A stretch of 64,000 nucleotides of DNA from contig JAOAQX010000011.1 of NCBI GenBank assembly GCA_025210805.1, positions 673 to 64,672 of the forward strand, given 5' to 3'. Positions 1 through 10,343 of the stretch are shown piece after piece. The translations under genes and the position numbers were made by a program. The notes beneath the pieces were generated by a model that made no database searches, was not told the origin of the DNA, and saw only the letters and a program-made list of their open reading frames with translations. The stretch is from Flavobacteriales bacterium. Lineage in GTDB: Bacteria; Bacteroidota; Bacteroidia; Flavobacteriales; CAJXXR01. Positions within the stretch are counted from its first letter, which is position 1; each line of letters begins with the position of its first letter.

Positions 1-828
1 TTTGATATTATTTAGATTCCAATCTTTTCCAACAGGAATAGAGAATTTTGATAATTCAAAAGTTTCTTTGTCAGAATAATTAGTTTTTGATTCACCTAGT
101 GTATATCCAAAGGCATCAAGATGCGTATATCTCAAGATATGATTGTGTTCATAATTCGGATTCTCTTTTGGGTCCCCTTTATAATCTAATTGCCAATTGA
201 TAATTCCATTTTCAACCACAAAAACATTATAGTTTAATGCACCTGAATAATCATCGAGCATTTTTACTCTTAAAGAAGCACAGATTTCTTCATTAGAAAG
301 CTTTGAAGCGACCATATTTATAGACATTTTTGGACTTTTACTCAATTCCTGATCCAGAAAATTCTTCCATGAAGATGCAGGTAAAATCGTGAATCCATCA
401 AAATCTTTACGATTAATTAATCCCGCAGGAATTCCATCGTCTGTTACTCCAAAGTGCGCGTCTAATTTTTTTCCAATTTCTGTTCTGAAATCATAACGAT
501 ATTTCTCTCCAGACGGTTCTGGCTGGTTAAAAGCAATAGAATTTCCATGGATAGCAACTACCACAAGATTTTCGTTATAAGGAGCCTCCTTCAACAATGC
601 CTTTGCTTCTTTTGCTGCACTCGGGCAATTCCCACATTTATGCCCTGTATATTCTTCCAAGAGGACATTTCGTTTGGTTTGCTCTTCAGAATCCAAATAC
701 TGAGGTTCTGGACAGTTAGCATTGGTTTTTAACTCAGGTAAATAATCATCTTTATCTACTTCATCACAAGAAGTAAACAATGTCGAAAATGCAAGTGCCA
801 AAGACACCGTGTATATTGTTTTTTTCAT
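1..828 (-). CDS. thioredoxin-like lipoprotein (Omp28-related-like); start codon at 826-828, 3' end runs off the window
   Basis: Reverse-strand translation from ATG 828-826 gives MKKTIYTVSLALAFSTLFTSCDEVDKDDYLPELKTNANCPEPQYLDSEEQTKRNVLLEEYTGHKCGNCPSAAKEAK... This is a signal peptide plus lipobox (LFTSC) followed by a CxxC motif (HKCGNCP). It is not in the ORF track because it has no in-window stop. Confidence 0.5.
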   Translation of the reverse strand, partial: MKKTIYTVSLALAFSTLFTSCDEVDKDDYLPELKTNANCPEPQYLDSEEQTKRNVLLEEYTGHKCGNCPSAAKEAKALLKEAPYNENLVVVAIHGNSIAFNQPEPSGEKYRYDFRTEIGKKLDAHFGVTDDGIPAGLINRKDFDGFTILPASSWKNFLDQELSKSPKMSINMVASKLSNEEICASLRVKMLDDYSGALNYNVFVVENGIINWQLDYKGDPKENPNYEHNHILRYTHLDAFGYTLGESKTNYSDKETFELSKFSIPVGKDWNLNNIK

Positions 829-829
829 A

Positions 830-2512
830 TTAGAATGTACTTGTAATCGTTAGTGTAAGACCATCAGATGCAGGAACAGCTCTACAAACTCCACCTACAC
901 AGAAAATCCCTTCTCTTTGTTTTCCATAAGTTGCAGAAATACTCGTTTTTCCATTTCTGTAACCTGCTGATAGAGTAGTATAGTGTTCTTTATTCGTGTT
1001 ATTTCCGTAATTATACAGATCTTGAAGGGCTACAAAATATTTTTTGGTAGAAAATTCTACTAACCCCATTGCCCAGCTTCCCTCACTCAAACCACCTGTT
1101 TGGTCACTTGATAGATGCTGTAACTCTACACGAATATTTTTCTTTCTGTTTATTTTATATTTTGTTTCTAGGATTACTGTTTGTGCAGAGATAATCCCTT
1201 TTTTAGTCTCATCGGTAGTGGCAATTCCTGCATTTTGAGCGGTATTGTACTTGGTATTCATAAAAGCTAGAGTTGACTTCCATTTTTTATTAATCTTCTT
1301 TGTGGCTTCTATATAAAACTCATCAAATAATACTTTATTTTCTCCCGTAGTTTTATCTTTTGCAAATCCAAACCAATCTGCTTGACGATGGGTGATAAAA
1401 TGACCTCCTTTTCCTTTATCTTCCACTGAATCTATGGCAATTCTATCAATTGCAAATGATTTTGAATAATTTGCTGAAATATACATTTTTCCTATTCCAG
1501 GAACAGATTTTGGCACTTTATAATTCAGCTCTGCCATATATCCTGCCTCTCCTATATTATTCACAGCATAGGGGAAAAACGTTGCCAATGCCCAAGTTTG
1601 TGGACGTGTTAAAGAAGGGTTGAAATTCACCAGTAAATTTTGACCTGAGGCATTTCTATCTGTTCTGAAATCCATATTGTCTATGTGCTTAGCACTTATT
1701 GTGGCTCCAAAACCTTTGGTTGAATATGAAACATTTGCCAAAAGTGCTCTTCCATCACTTAGTTCATTGTTGTTATGAACAGATGGATCTGCGGTTTTTC
1801 CTGCGAGTTCAACATTGGCTTGTATTCCTTTATGACTTATTCCTAATCTATATGAATATGCTCCCACATTTTCTGGGATATTCAAAATATTGTCATTCTT
1901 TTGATAACGAGAAATAAAAGAAGCTGCAAGGTTTATTTGTGGGAATCCTTCTTTTAATTCCAATGCTTCATTTAAATTAAAATCGGCATCCATTCCTCTT
2001 AAATAACCTGGGCTATACTCCCAAAAAATTCTTTGTTTTCCTACAAAAGCTTTTAAGTTAATTCCTGCTTTTGGGCTATACTTTACGCGTACTCCATCCA
2101 TGGCATTGTCATATCCAAGATCACGCTCTTCATAACTTCTAAAAATCAATCCGCTACCAAATTGATCATAGAAATTCCCTACGGTAATGTCAAATCCTTT
2201 GTCTTTAAAATTCACATATCTATAGGCAATTCCTGCACCTTCATACCCTGGGGCAATCCCTAAAATTGGGGGTGAATAGTACTCAAATCGTAAACCTGCA
2301 GTAAAGTTTTTATATGCCATATTCACATTCGAGAATCCATTCATTAGGATTTTTTCGGGAACGTCTTTTGCTCCAATCGCTTCATTTTCCTTAGAGTGTT
2401 GAAAAACGGATTGAAAATTCCCTGAGATACTCAATTTATCAGTTTGAGCCATTGATTTCTCGCTCAAAAAAAGAAAGCAAGCCAATGAGCTTGCTATTAT
2501 TTTGTTTTTCAT
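830..2512 (-). CDS. outer-membrane beta-barrel protein (porin-like, unknown family)
   Basis: 560 aa with N-terminal signal peptide (MKNKIIASSLACFLFLSEKSMAQ). Alternating amphipathic Y/G/N-rich strands throughout and a C-terminal aromatic (…LTITSTF) typical of OMP barrels. Confidence 0.6.
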   Translation of the reverse strand: MKNKIIASSLACFLFLSEKSMAQTDKLSISGNFQSVFQHSKENEAIGAKDVPEKILMNGFSNVNMAYKNFTAGLRFEYYSPPILGIAPGYEGAGIAYRYVNFKDKGFDITVGNFYDQFGSGLIFRSYEERDLGYDNAMDGVRVKYSPKAGINLKAFVGKQRIFWEYSPGYLRGMDADFNLNEALELKEGFPQINLAASFISRYQKNDNILNIPENVGAYSYRLGISHKGIQANVELAGKTADPSVHNNNELSDGRALLANVSYSTKGFGATISAKHIDNMDFRTDRNASGQNLLVNFNPSLTRPQTWALATFFPYAVNNIGEAGYMAELNYKVPKSVPGIGKMYISANYSKSFAIDRIAIDSVEDKGKGGHFITHRQADWFGFAKDKTTGENKVLFDEFYIEATKKINKKWKSTLAFMNTKYNTAQNAGIATTDETKKGIISAQTVILETKYKINRKKNIRVELQHLSSDQTGGLSEGSWAMGLVEFSTKKYFVALQDLYNYGNNTNKEHYTTLSAGYRNGKTSISATYGKQREGIFCVGGVCRAVPASDGLTLTITSTF

Positions 2513-2558
2513 ACTTTTTGTGATTTACAAAAAATTAGGTTAAGATTTTTAGTATGAT

Positions 2559-3050
2559 TTATTTAAGTAGTTTTTCTACTTCTTCCACAAGTTCGTCTTC
2601 ATCACCGTCGCTATATCCATTATGACTATAAACGATTTCTCCTTTGCTGTTAACCACAAATGTGTGTGGAATAGAACCTACATTCATGGCTCTTTTAAAG
2701 TCTTGGTTTTTATCTAACAATACATTGAATTCCCAAGCTTTTCCATTAACCAATGGCTTTACTCTAGAGGCGGCTCTTGCGTCATCTATAGAAATGGCAT
2801 AAAGCTCTACTCCTGTTTCTTCATTCCATTCTTCATACATCTCATTTATTGCATCAAGTTCTCTTTGACATGGTTTACACCATGTTGCCCAAAAACTAAT
2901 TACAACTGGTTTATCTGAAACTAAAGAGGCGGTATTTACAGTTTTCCCATTCATATCTTTGATATCTACACTTGGAAGTTTTTTTTGTGCCACAGCTACA
3001 AATCCAAATGCTAGAAACAACATTGATAGTAATACTTTTTTCATAATCAT
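2559..3050 (-). CDS. TlpA-like thioredoxin / redoxin family thiol:disulfide oxidoreductase
   Basis: Signal peptide plus the FWATWCKPCQRE motif (WCxxC thioredoxin active site). Confidence 0.8.
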   Translation of the reverse strand: MIMKKVLLSMLFLAFGFVAVAQKKLPSVDIKDMNGKTVNTASLVSDKPVVISFWATWCKPCQRELDAINEMYEEWNEETGVELYAISIDDARAASRVKPLVNGKAWEFNVLLDKNQDFKRAMNVGSIPHTFVVNSKGEIVYSHNGYSDGDEDELVEEVEKLLK

Positions 3051-3164
3051 TCTTTAAGTGTTAATAATTAACTATTGCAAGGTACTAAATTAATCCCTTT
3101 GGGTGTGTGGTATTCAAATTATATACCATTCATCCTGAAAGTTAAAATTTCTTAACTCGTTTTT

Positions 3165-4571
3165 TTAATAATGAATCAATTTTGAAACAGAATTACCTTT
3201 AGCATGGTGATAATTCAAATAATAAACTCCCATAGGGAAGTTACCCAAATTCATTTCTACAAAAGAAGATTCTACTTTTTTTGAGATCAAAGTTCTTCCT
3301 TGTACATCTTGAAGGGTTATTATTCCTCCTGAGGATAAATTCTCTAAACTAATCATTCCTGATTGGTACGTATATTCAAGTTCTGGGATATTTTCTTCTT
3401 CTACTTCCAAGTCATATCTTCTATAAAATTTCCTTCTGGCTTTATGCTCAAACTGATGATCGGTAAGTAAGCTGTCGCCTTGATCTGTTGTTACTAATAG
3501 ATCTCCCATAGCATAACCATCGGGTGTATTTCCTGATAGTATCCCATTTCCTGTTTTGTCTTCTACTACTATTTCATAGCATTCAAAACCTCCGTATCCT
3601 ACAAAAGCGGTATATTTATATTCTTTGTTTTCTTCCGTATATTTCGGACTTTTCACAAGGGTATCTCCATTTTCTCTAATGATTGACCAAGAAATTTCTT
3701 GTGGATAATAATCTGTCGTTAAGGTGATGAAAATTTTCTCAAAAACATCTCTACCTTCTCTCAAAATCTGATTAAAAGTATTGTTCTCTGGGTAAGGATC
3801 TTTTATATTATTGATGCTATCAATTTCAAATTCTAATAAATCATACCCTGAAATTCCATCTAAATCCATAAAAATGGTATCCACCTGATAAGGCGACAGA
3901 AAACCATTCCAATAAGTAACACCTCTAACAATTCCTGCTTCTTTAGCAGTAATTTTTGCTTTTGTTAATGGAAGTGTCTGTGAGTAGTTTTGGATATAAA
4001 ATTGTGCTTGATGTGATTTATTACAATATTGATCATCGGCAATAAAGTTATAGATCTTTGCATCTAAAATTCGGTTTGAAAGTGGAGCACATTGTCCCGA
4101 TAATGCTGTGATATAAGATGTATCGTCAAAAATAGACCCTTTTCTCACCATCCATCCTTTATCTGGACAAATAATTACAAACATCGGTTCGCTCAAGTCC
4201 CAATTATAAGCATCAAAGTCTTGAACATTTGAAACTACTGGGTATAAAATGTTATGGGTATTTGCAAAAGCAGACTCATTATTTGTTAAAGTATCCATGT
4301 CTATGGAAATTAAAATATGAGAGGCATTCCCAAAAAGTCCGTGTGTGTTATTGAGATCATTCATTCCTGGTCTTGAACTGATACTTGCAGGATGACTGGA
4401 ATTATAAAACTCGAGAACTACCGTTCTATTTTGAGATAAATAGGTGTAGATATTATGAGAAACCCCGCTAATATCATCAAAAACCACATTGGGAGCCACT
4501 GGATGTGTAGGCTGTGCCGATAGTGGTATCAAAAACATAAGATAAACAGAAAATAAAATACTTCTTAGCAT
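3165..4571 (-). CDS. secreted protein with T9SS type A C-terminal sorting domain
   Basis: N-terminal signal peptide. The C-terminal ~80 aa (…GIITLQDVQGRTLISKKVESSFVEMNLGNFPMGVYYLNYHHAKGNSVSKLIHY) match the Por/T9SS CTD pattern. Confidence 0.65.
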   Translation of the reverse strand: MLRSILFSVYLMFLIPLSAQPTHPVAPNVVFDDISGVSHNIYTYLSQNRTVVLEFYNSSHPASISSRPGMNDLNNTHGLFGNASHILISIDMDTLTNNESAFANTHNILYPVVSNVQDFDAYNWDLSEPMFVIICPDKGWMVRKGSIFDDTSYITALSGQCAPLSNRILDAKIYNFIADDQYCNKSHQAQFYIQNYSQTLPLTKAKITAKEAGIVRGVTYWNGFLSPYQVDTIFMDLDGISGYDLLEFEIDSINNIKDPYPENNTFNQILREGRDVFEKIFITLTTDYYPQEISWSIIRENGDTLVKSPKYTEENKEYKYTAFVGYGGFECYEIVVEDKTGNGILSGNTPDGYAMGDLLVTTDQGDSLLTDHQFEHKARRKFYRRYDLEVEEENIPELEYTYQSGMISLENLSSGGIITLQDVQGRTLISKKVESSFVEMNLGNFPMGVYYLNYHHAKGNSVSKLIHY

Positions 4572-4676
4572 ATTGCTTCGGTTTAGAATAGATCAAAACC
4601 AAAGATAATAAAATTGTGATGGATTTGATGTTCTTTACTTATTTTCTAAAAGATATCCTTGGAATTGTCTCCATTT

Positions 4677-6686
4677 CTATACCTCTTTTCCGAGTTTTTT
4701 CTGAAGAATCTGGATAAAAATTAATAGATTTTTATATTCGTTCATTATTTCATTCCTTTTCTCAGTTTCGGTACAGGCTTTTATTCGTTCTTGTATATTC
4801 TTGATATTTCCTTTGGCAAGTTCAAGTTGATATCGCCAGATATATTGATTAATTTTTTTCTCTAAAATTGTAGTTTCTTCTTTTACAAAAATATCATGTT
4901 TTTCCCAGTTCGCTAGTTGATGTCTTTCATGCAAAAGCTCACTTACATATTTCACTATTTCTTGATTTTCGCCTCTTAAAAGTGCACTAATAAAGTCTAT
5001 TTCTTCCTCTTTATCTGATTGTTCTACACAGAAATTGTAAATTTCTCTATGGATTGGGAACTGAAAGGAAAATTCTTCTTCTTCCACACTATGCTCAATA
5101 AATTCGGCAACAGATATTTCTATAAACTCTTTCTTTTCTTCCTCAGATTCTATTTCTATGTGTAGAATCTCCTTTGAAAATTTCAAATAAATCTTCAAAA
5201 GGTTATATTCCAACTCTGTGGCTAGATCACTAAATTCTGCAAATGTTTTAGTAGTATCTACTACTGGAGTAGTAACTTCTTGGGCATATTCTGGATAAAT
5301 TTCCAAATGTGCTTGCTGCTGTTGACGACTTTCTAATTTCTCTTTTCGCTCGGCTTCCTTTATATCGTCTTTTACCTTTTGTTTAAGCTGAGTTTGAAGT
5401 TCATTAAAAAGAACCTTTTCGTCTAGTTCAAGTTTTGGAGCAGCATTTTGTATAAAAACGGTTCTTTTTAGCGGATCAGGAACTTTGGCTATAGACCTAA
5501 TAATACTCCTGAGCCAATTCGTTTTTTCTACAATCGTTTGGTTCTCTCCGTTTTTAAACAACTTGATCTTAAAATCTATAAAGGATACTGAATGCTCTTT
5601 GATGTAATTTTGAAGTTCTTCAGTTGTTTTTTGTTTTGAAAAGGAATCGGGATCTTCTCCATCGGGCAGAAGCAATACATTCACATTGAGCCCATACTCC
5701 AATATAATATCAATCCCTCTTAATGAAGCTTTAATTCCAGCAGCATCTCCATCAAAAATAACGGTAAGATTTTCTGTAAATCTTTTTATTAATCTTACTT
5801 GATCTGGTGTTAGGGCAGTTCCTGAAGAAGCAACGGCATTTTCTATTCCAGCTTGGTGTAAGCTAATTACATCTGTATATCCTTCTACAAGGATACAATT
5901 ATCTTTTTTTACAATACTCTTCTTGGCTTGATAAATTCCGTAGAGCACTTGTGATTTATGGTAAATGTCACTTTCAGGCGAATTGACATATTTTGCTACT
6001 TTTTTATCGTTTCTTAAAATTCGAGCTCCAAAACCAATAACTCTTCCTGACAAGCTGTGTATTGGGAATATTAAACGGTCTTTAAAACGATCATAAACAG
6101 AACCATTGTCTCTAAAAACACTCAGTCCTGATTCTTGTAAATGTTCTCTTTTGTATCCCTTTTTTAAGGCAAACTGAGCAAAAGCATCCGATTTATTTGG
6201 GAGAAATCCTATTTTAAAAGTTTCTACACTTGCCGAAGATATTTTTCGGTCTTCTAAATAGGGCTGAGCAATCAGTCTTCCGTCCTGACTTTCTTTCAGC
6301 TGATTTACAAAGTACTCTTGTGCAAATTCCGTTAATAACAATAAGCTCTCTCTTTTGTTATAACGTTCTTTTTGTTCTTGGCTTACCTCTTCTTCTTCTA
6401 CTTCAATATGGTATTTCTTTGCCAGTTGCTTTAGAGCTTCAGGATATGAAAGATGTTCGATATCCATAATAAAGCTAATAGAACTTCCTCCTGCAGAACA
6501 ACCAAAGCATTTATAAATTCCTTTTGCTGGCGAAACACTAAAAGAAGGCGTTTTTTCATTATGAAAAGGACAAAGTCCTTGATAATTTGTACCTCTTTTT
6601 TTGAGATTCACATAATCACCCACCACTTCTTCTATGCGTACTGCATCATAGATTTTATCAATTGTTTGTTGGGTAATTTTTGCCAT
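4677..6686 (-). CDS. dnaG: DNA primase
   Basis: CHC2 zinc finger (CPFHNEKTPSFSV…CFGCSAGG) and a Toprim region (VEGYTDVISLHQAG, DGDAAG). Confidence 0.9.
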   Translation of the reverse strand: MAKITQQTIDKIYDAVRIEEVVGDYVNLKKRGTNYQGLCPFHNEKTPSFSVSPAKGIYKCFGCSAGGSSISFIMDIEHLSYPEALKQLAKKYHIEVEEEEVSQEQKERYNKRESLLLLTEFAQEYFVNQLKESQDGRLIAQPYLEDRKISSASVETFKIGFLPNKSDAFAQFALKKGYKREHLQESGLSVFRDNGSVYDRFKDRLIFPIHSLSGRVIGFGARILRNDKKVAKYVNSPESDIYHKSQVLYGIYQAKKSIVKKDNCILVEGYTDVISLHQAGIENAVASSGTALTPDQVRLIKRFTENLTVIFDGDAAGIKASLRGIDIILEYGLNVNVLLLPDGEDPDSFSKQKTTEELQNYIKEHSVSFIDFKIKLFKNGENQTIVEKTNWLRSIIRSIAKVPDPLKRTVFIQNAAPKLELDEKVLFNELQTQLKQKVKDDIKEAERKEKLESRQQQQAHLEIYPEYAQEVTTPVVDTTKTFAEFSDLATELEYNLLKIYLKFSKEILHIEIESEEEKKEFIEISVAEFIEHSVEEEEFSFQFPIHREIYNFCVEQSDKEEEIDFISALLRGENQEIVKYVSELLHERHQLANWEKHDIFVKEETTILEKKINQYIWRYQLELAKGNIKNIQERIKACTETEKRNEIMNEYKNLLIFIQILQKKLGKEV

Positions 6687-6717
6687 ATTTTTAAGTAAAA
6701 GAGAGAGGTGCTGCTAT

Positions 6718-7599
6718 TTAATTTCGTCTATCAAGTCCCCAAAGGAGTTTATTTCTTAGCGTAGAAGGATAATCATGATCTTCAAGCTCCACCATTTTGA
6801 GTGTCACGTCAGATTTTTTTAATTTAATTTCGGCACCCAATGAAACTGAATATATTCTTGAATCTAAACCAATCAAATACTCTTCTTCTCTTCCTTGAAC
6901 GTGAACGGTAAGTTCATGTCCATCATCAATCACCAATGGGCGAACATTTAAGTTATGCGGAGCTATTGGAGTTATTACAAGGTTTTTGGATCCTGGCATA
7001 ATAATCGGTCCTCCACAGCTTAATGAATATCCTGTGGATCCTGTGGGAGTAGAAATTATGAGTCCATCTGCCCAATAGGTATTTAGATATTTTCCGTCAA
7101 TACACACTTTCACACTGATCATGGAAGTCGTATCTTTTCTATTGATGGTAATTTCATTTACCGCAAAATTCAACTCTCCAAAGATTCGCTGCATATTTTG
7201 CACAGCAATCAAGGTTCTTTCTTCTATCTTATAGCGTCCCTTTTTGAGCTGAAAGAGTGTTTTTTGGATATGATGTTTTGAAATATTCGCCAAAAAACCA
7301 AGCCTTCCTGTATTAATTCCCAAAATAGGAATTCCAAGGTCTCTCACTATTGTGGCAGCAGAAAGTATGGTTCCGTCGCCTCCAATGGTGATCATAAAAT
7401 CAAACTCATCTTTTTCAAGATCTTCATAGTCTCTAAAAGTGGTGTATGAATTTTTAAGATCTATATTGATTTCCAAAGCCTCAGCCAAATCACTGTAAAT
7501 AACCAGTTCACATTGATGTTTTTTGAGTTCATCAAACAATAATTGGATATAGTCTTTAGCTTGTTCGTAAAATCGAACTCCGTAAATAGCAAATTTCAT
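6718..7599 (-). CDS. nadK: NAD+ kinase
   Basis: GGDGT motif (ITIGGDGTILSAA) and overall NadK/PpnK architecture at 293 aa. Confidence 0.85.
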   Translation of the reverse strand: MKFAIYGVRFYEQAKDYIQLLFDELKKHQCELVIYSDLAEALEINIDLKNSYTTFRDYEDLEKDEFDFMITIGGDGTILSAATIVRDLGIPILGINTGRLGFLANISKHHIQKTLFQLKKGRYKIEERTLIAVQNMQRIFGELNFAVNEITINRKDTTSMISVKVCIDGKYLNTYWADGLIISTPTGSTGYSLSCGGPIIMPGSKNLVITPIAPHNLNVRPLVIDDGHELTVHVQGREEEYLIGLDSRIYSVSLGAEIKLKKSDVTLKMVELEDHDYPSTLRNKLLWGLDRRN

Positions 7600-7608
7600 A
7601 TTGGCTTA

Positions 7609-8277
7609 TTAAGGATTTAAGAATTTAAGAAATGATTGTAAACGATCATCAAGATCGTCATCATATTGATTTCGAGAATAGGTAAAAGCTACCTCATAGT
7701 TAAAGCGTTCTAAAGTGTGTAACGCTCTAGAGACTTCTTCTTTATTTAATTTCAAATGAACCAAAAGATAATCCGTTTCATCAATTTCCTGATAATATAC
7801 AGAAGTGACAAGAAAACCATCAGCTTCCAATAGTCTAGTTAATTCATGTAATGAATAATCTCGACGATGCATTCTAAGAGAAAGAATACTCCCTTTCTCT
7901 GCAAAGCTCGTACTTTTATACAGTGCTGATATGATATCTTGAGGTTTGTAATAACCCAATAGTTGTTCCTGTTCATTAATCACAGGAAGTAAACTTAATT
8001 GATACTTTCCAATTGTTTTTATGACCTCAAAAATATGTGTTTGCGGAAATATTGAAATTCTAAGAAAGGGATGATTATTTTCTCCTACACTTTTACTTTC
8101 TGTATAATATTCAAACACGGCTCGATCCTCAATAAGACCCAAGTATTTGTTTTTATCAGAGATAACAGGTAAGTGAGAAACTTTGTTTTCTTCAAAAAGT
8201 TCCATAACTCGATATAGGGAATCATGAAGTCTCACTTCAATATCTTCGCAAGTGTGGTATTTTGTATTGGTAATCAA
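7609..8277 (-). CDS. CBS domain-containing protein
   Basis: Two CBS-like repeats in a 222-aa protein (HLPVI…, LLPVINEQ…). Confidence 0.55.
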   Translation of the reverse strand: MITNTKYHTCEDIEVRLHDSLYRVMELFEENKVSHLPVISDKNKYLGLIEDRAVFEYYTESKSVGENNHPFLRISIFPQTHIFEVIKTIGKYQLSLLPVINEQEQLLGYYKPQDIISALYKSTSFAEKGSILSLRMHRRDYSLHELTRLLEADGFLVTSVYYQEIDETDYLLVHLKLNKEEVSRALHTLERFNYEVAFTYSRNQYDDDLDDRLQSFLKFLNP

Positions 8278-8464
8278 TTTTTATCGACTGCTTTTTTACA
8301 AAGCTAAGTTATTTGAGATAATAATTTGCATGGAATAGAGCTCAGTCCTATACATTTCTAATAGAAAGTTTAATTCTCGTTCATTCATATGATAGATGAA
8401 TTGTAAAATTAATGATAAAACTAGATTTCTAATGCCATAAATATATTGATATGAAAATCATTTA

Positions 8465-8499
8465 AACAAAAAAACCACTTCAAAAAATTGAAGTGGTTC
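8465..8499 (-). terminator. rho-independent terminator of the actABCDEF-coxBA operon
   Basis: Perfect inverted repeat AACCACTTCAA-AAAA-TTGAAGTGGTT (8473-8498) followed on the minus strand by a T-run (A7 at 8466-8472 on the plus strand), about 30 nt downstream of the coxA stop. Confidence 0.65.
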
Positions 8500-8527
8500 T
8501 ATAAACTCTATAATAAACGTCCTAATT

Positions 8528-10309
8528 CTAATGATCAGGTTCGTTATCTAATTTTGGTTGCGTTTGTGGTGTGTAATCTTGCCCTGCAATTAAGTAGTCG
8601 CTACCTTCTGCATTCATTTTAGAATAATCATAAGGCCAACGGTGTACTTCTGGTATTTCTCCTGGCCAGTTTCCATGAATTCTTTCTACTGGTGTAGTCC
8701 ACTCTAGAGTGTTTGAATTCCATGGGTTTTGACCCGATTTTGTTCCGTTCCAAATGCTGTAGAAGAAGTTGAACAAGAAAATAACTTGAGCCAATCCTCC
8801 AATAATAGCGAAAACAGTGATCACTTCGTTGATTTCTACTAAATCATCAAACATTGGGAATGCTGAGTTTGAGTAATAACGTCTTGGAAGTGCTGCCAAA
8901 CCTAAATAATGCATTGGGAAGAATGTTCCATAAGCAGTGATGATTGTGATCCAGAAATGTAGATAACCTAATTTCTTGTTCATCATTCTACCAAACATTT
9001 TTGGGAACCAATGATACACTCCTGCCATCATTCCAAATACTGCTGAAAGTCCCATTACAATATGGAAGTGACCAACAACGAAATATGTATCGTGAACATT
9101 AATATCCAATGTAGAATCTCCTAATACTAAACCTGTAAGTCCTCCTGTGATAAACGCAGATACTAATCCGATAGAGAAAAGCATTGCTGGTGTCATCTGT
9201 AGGTTACCTTTCCAAAGTGTAGTAAGGTAGTTGAAGGCTTTTACTGCCGATGGGATAGCGATCAATAATGTTGTAAAAGTAAATACCGAACCTAAGAATG
9301 GAGACATTCCAGATACAAACATGTGGTGAGCCCATACGATAAACGATAGGAAGGCAATACCAACGATAGATCCGATCATGGCTTTATATCCAAAAATTGG
9401 TTTACGTGCACTTGTAGAAATAACCTCTGAAGTTAATCCTAAAGCAGGAAGTAGTACGATATATACTTCAGGGTGTCCTAAGAACCAGAAAAGGTGTTCG
9501 TATAATACTGGAGAACCTCCATCATATCCTAGAACTTCTCCTCCAATAAGGATATCTGAAAGGTAGAATGATGTTCCGAAACTTCTATCGAAAATCAATA
9601 ATAATACCGCTGCAAAAAGAACTGGGAAAGAAAGAACTCCGATAACTGCTGTTACGAAGAAAGCCCAGATTGTCAATGGTAAACGAGCCATAGACATTCC
9701 TTTTGTTCTTAAGTTTAACACGGTTACGATATAGTTCAATGAACCAATAGTTGATGAAGCAATGAACAAAGCCATTGAGGTCAACCAAATATTCATTCCT
9801 AATCCAGATCCTGGAATTGCTTGTGGTAATGCAGAAAGTGGTGGGTAAATAGTCCATCCCGCTGAGGCAGGTCCTGTTTCTACAAAAAGACCAATAAGCA
9901 TTAAAACACTAGAGACAAAGAACATCCAGTATGAAAGCATATTCATAAAGGCTGAAGCCATATCTCTTGCTCCAATTTGCAATGGAATTAATAGGTTTGA
10001 AAAAGTTCCACTTAATCCTGCTGTAAGAACAAAGAATACCATAATAGTACCGTGGATGGTTACTAATCCTAAGTACATATTTGGATCCATTTGCCCATCA
10101 GGAGCCCATTTTCCAAGGAAAGTTTCTAATACAGGAAAGGCTTCATCCGGCCATGCAATTTGCAAGCGGAAAAACAATGACAAAGCCATTCCCACGAAAG
10201 CCATTAAGATTCCTGTAATCAAGAATTGCTTGGCAATCATTTTGTGATCCATACTGAAGATATACTTCGAGATGAAAGTTTCTTCATGGTGGTGTCCGTC
10301 GTGTGACAT
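8528..10309 (-). CDS. ctaD: cytochrome c oxidase subunit I
   Basis: 593 aa with 12+ TM helices and canonical heme-copper oxidase histidines (…WFFGHPEVYI…, HHMF). Confidence 0.95.
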   Translation of the reverse strand: MSHDGHHHEETFISKYIFSMDHKMIAKQFLITGILMAFVGMALSLFFRLQIAWPDEAFPVLETFLGKWAPDGQMDPNMYLGLVTIHGTIMVFFVLTAGLSGTFSNLLIPLQIGARDMASAFMNMLSYWMFFVSSVLMLIGLFVETGPASAGWTIYPPLSALPQAIPGSGLGMNIWLTSMALFIASSTIGSLNYIVTVLNLRTKGMSMARLPLTIWAFFVTAVIGVLSFPVLFAAVLLLIFDRSFGTSFYLSDILIGGEVLGYDGGSPVLYEHLFWFLGHPEVYIVLLPALGLTSEVISTSARKPIFGYKAMIGSIVGIAFLSFIVWAHHMFVSGMSPFLGSVFTFTTLLIAIPSAVKAFNYLTTLWKGNLQMTPAMLFSIGLVSAFITGGLTGLVLGDSTLDINVHDTYFVVGHFHIVMGLSAVFGMMAGVYHWFPKMFGRMMNKKLGYLHFWITIITAYGTFFPMHYLGLAALPRRYYSNSAFPMFDDLVEINEVITVFAIIGGLAQVIFLFNFFYSIWNGTKSGQNPWNSNTLEWTTPVERIHGNWPGEIPEVHRWPYDYSKMNAEGSDYLIAGQDYTPQTQPKLDNEPDH

Positions 10310-10343
10310 ATCTATCTGCTAATTTCTTTATTAAACAATCCTT

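Noticed and set aside
6230-6698. Two plus-strand ORFs of 79 and 81 aa
   Set aside because: They are antisense within dnaG. No support.
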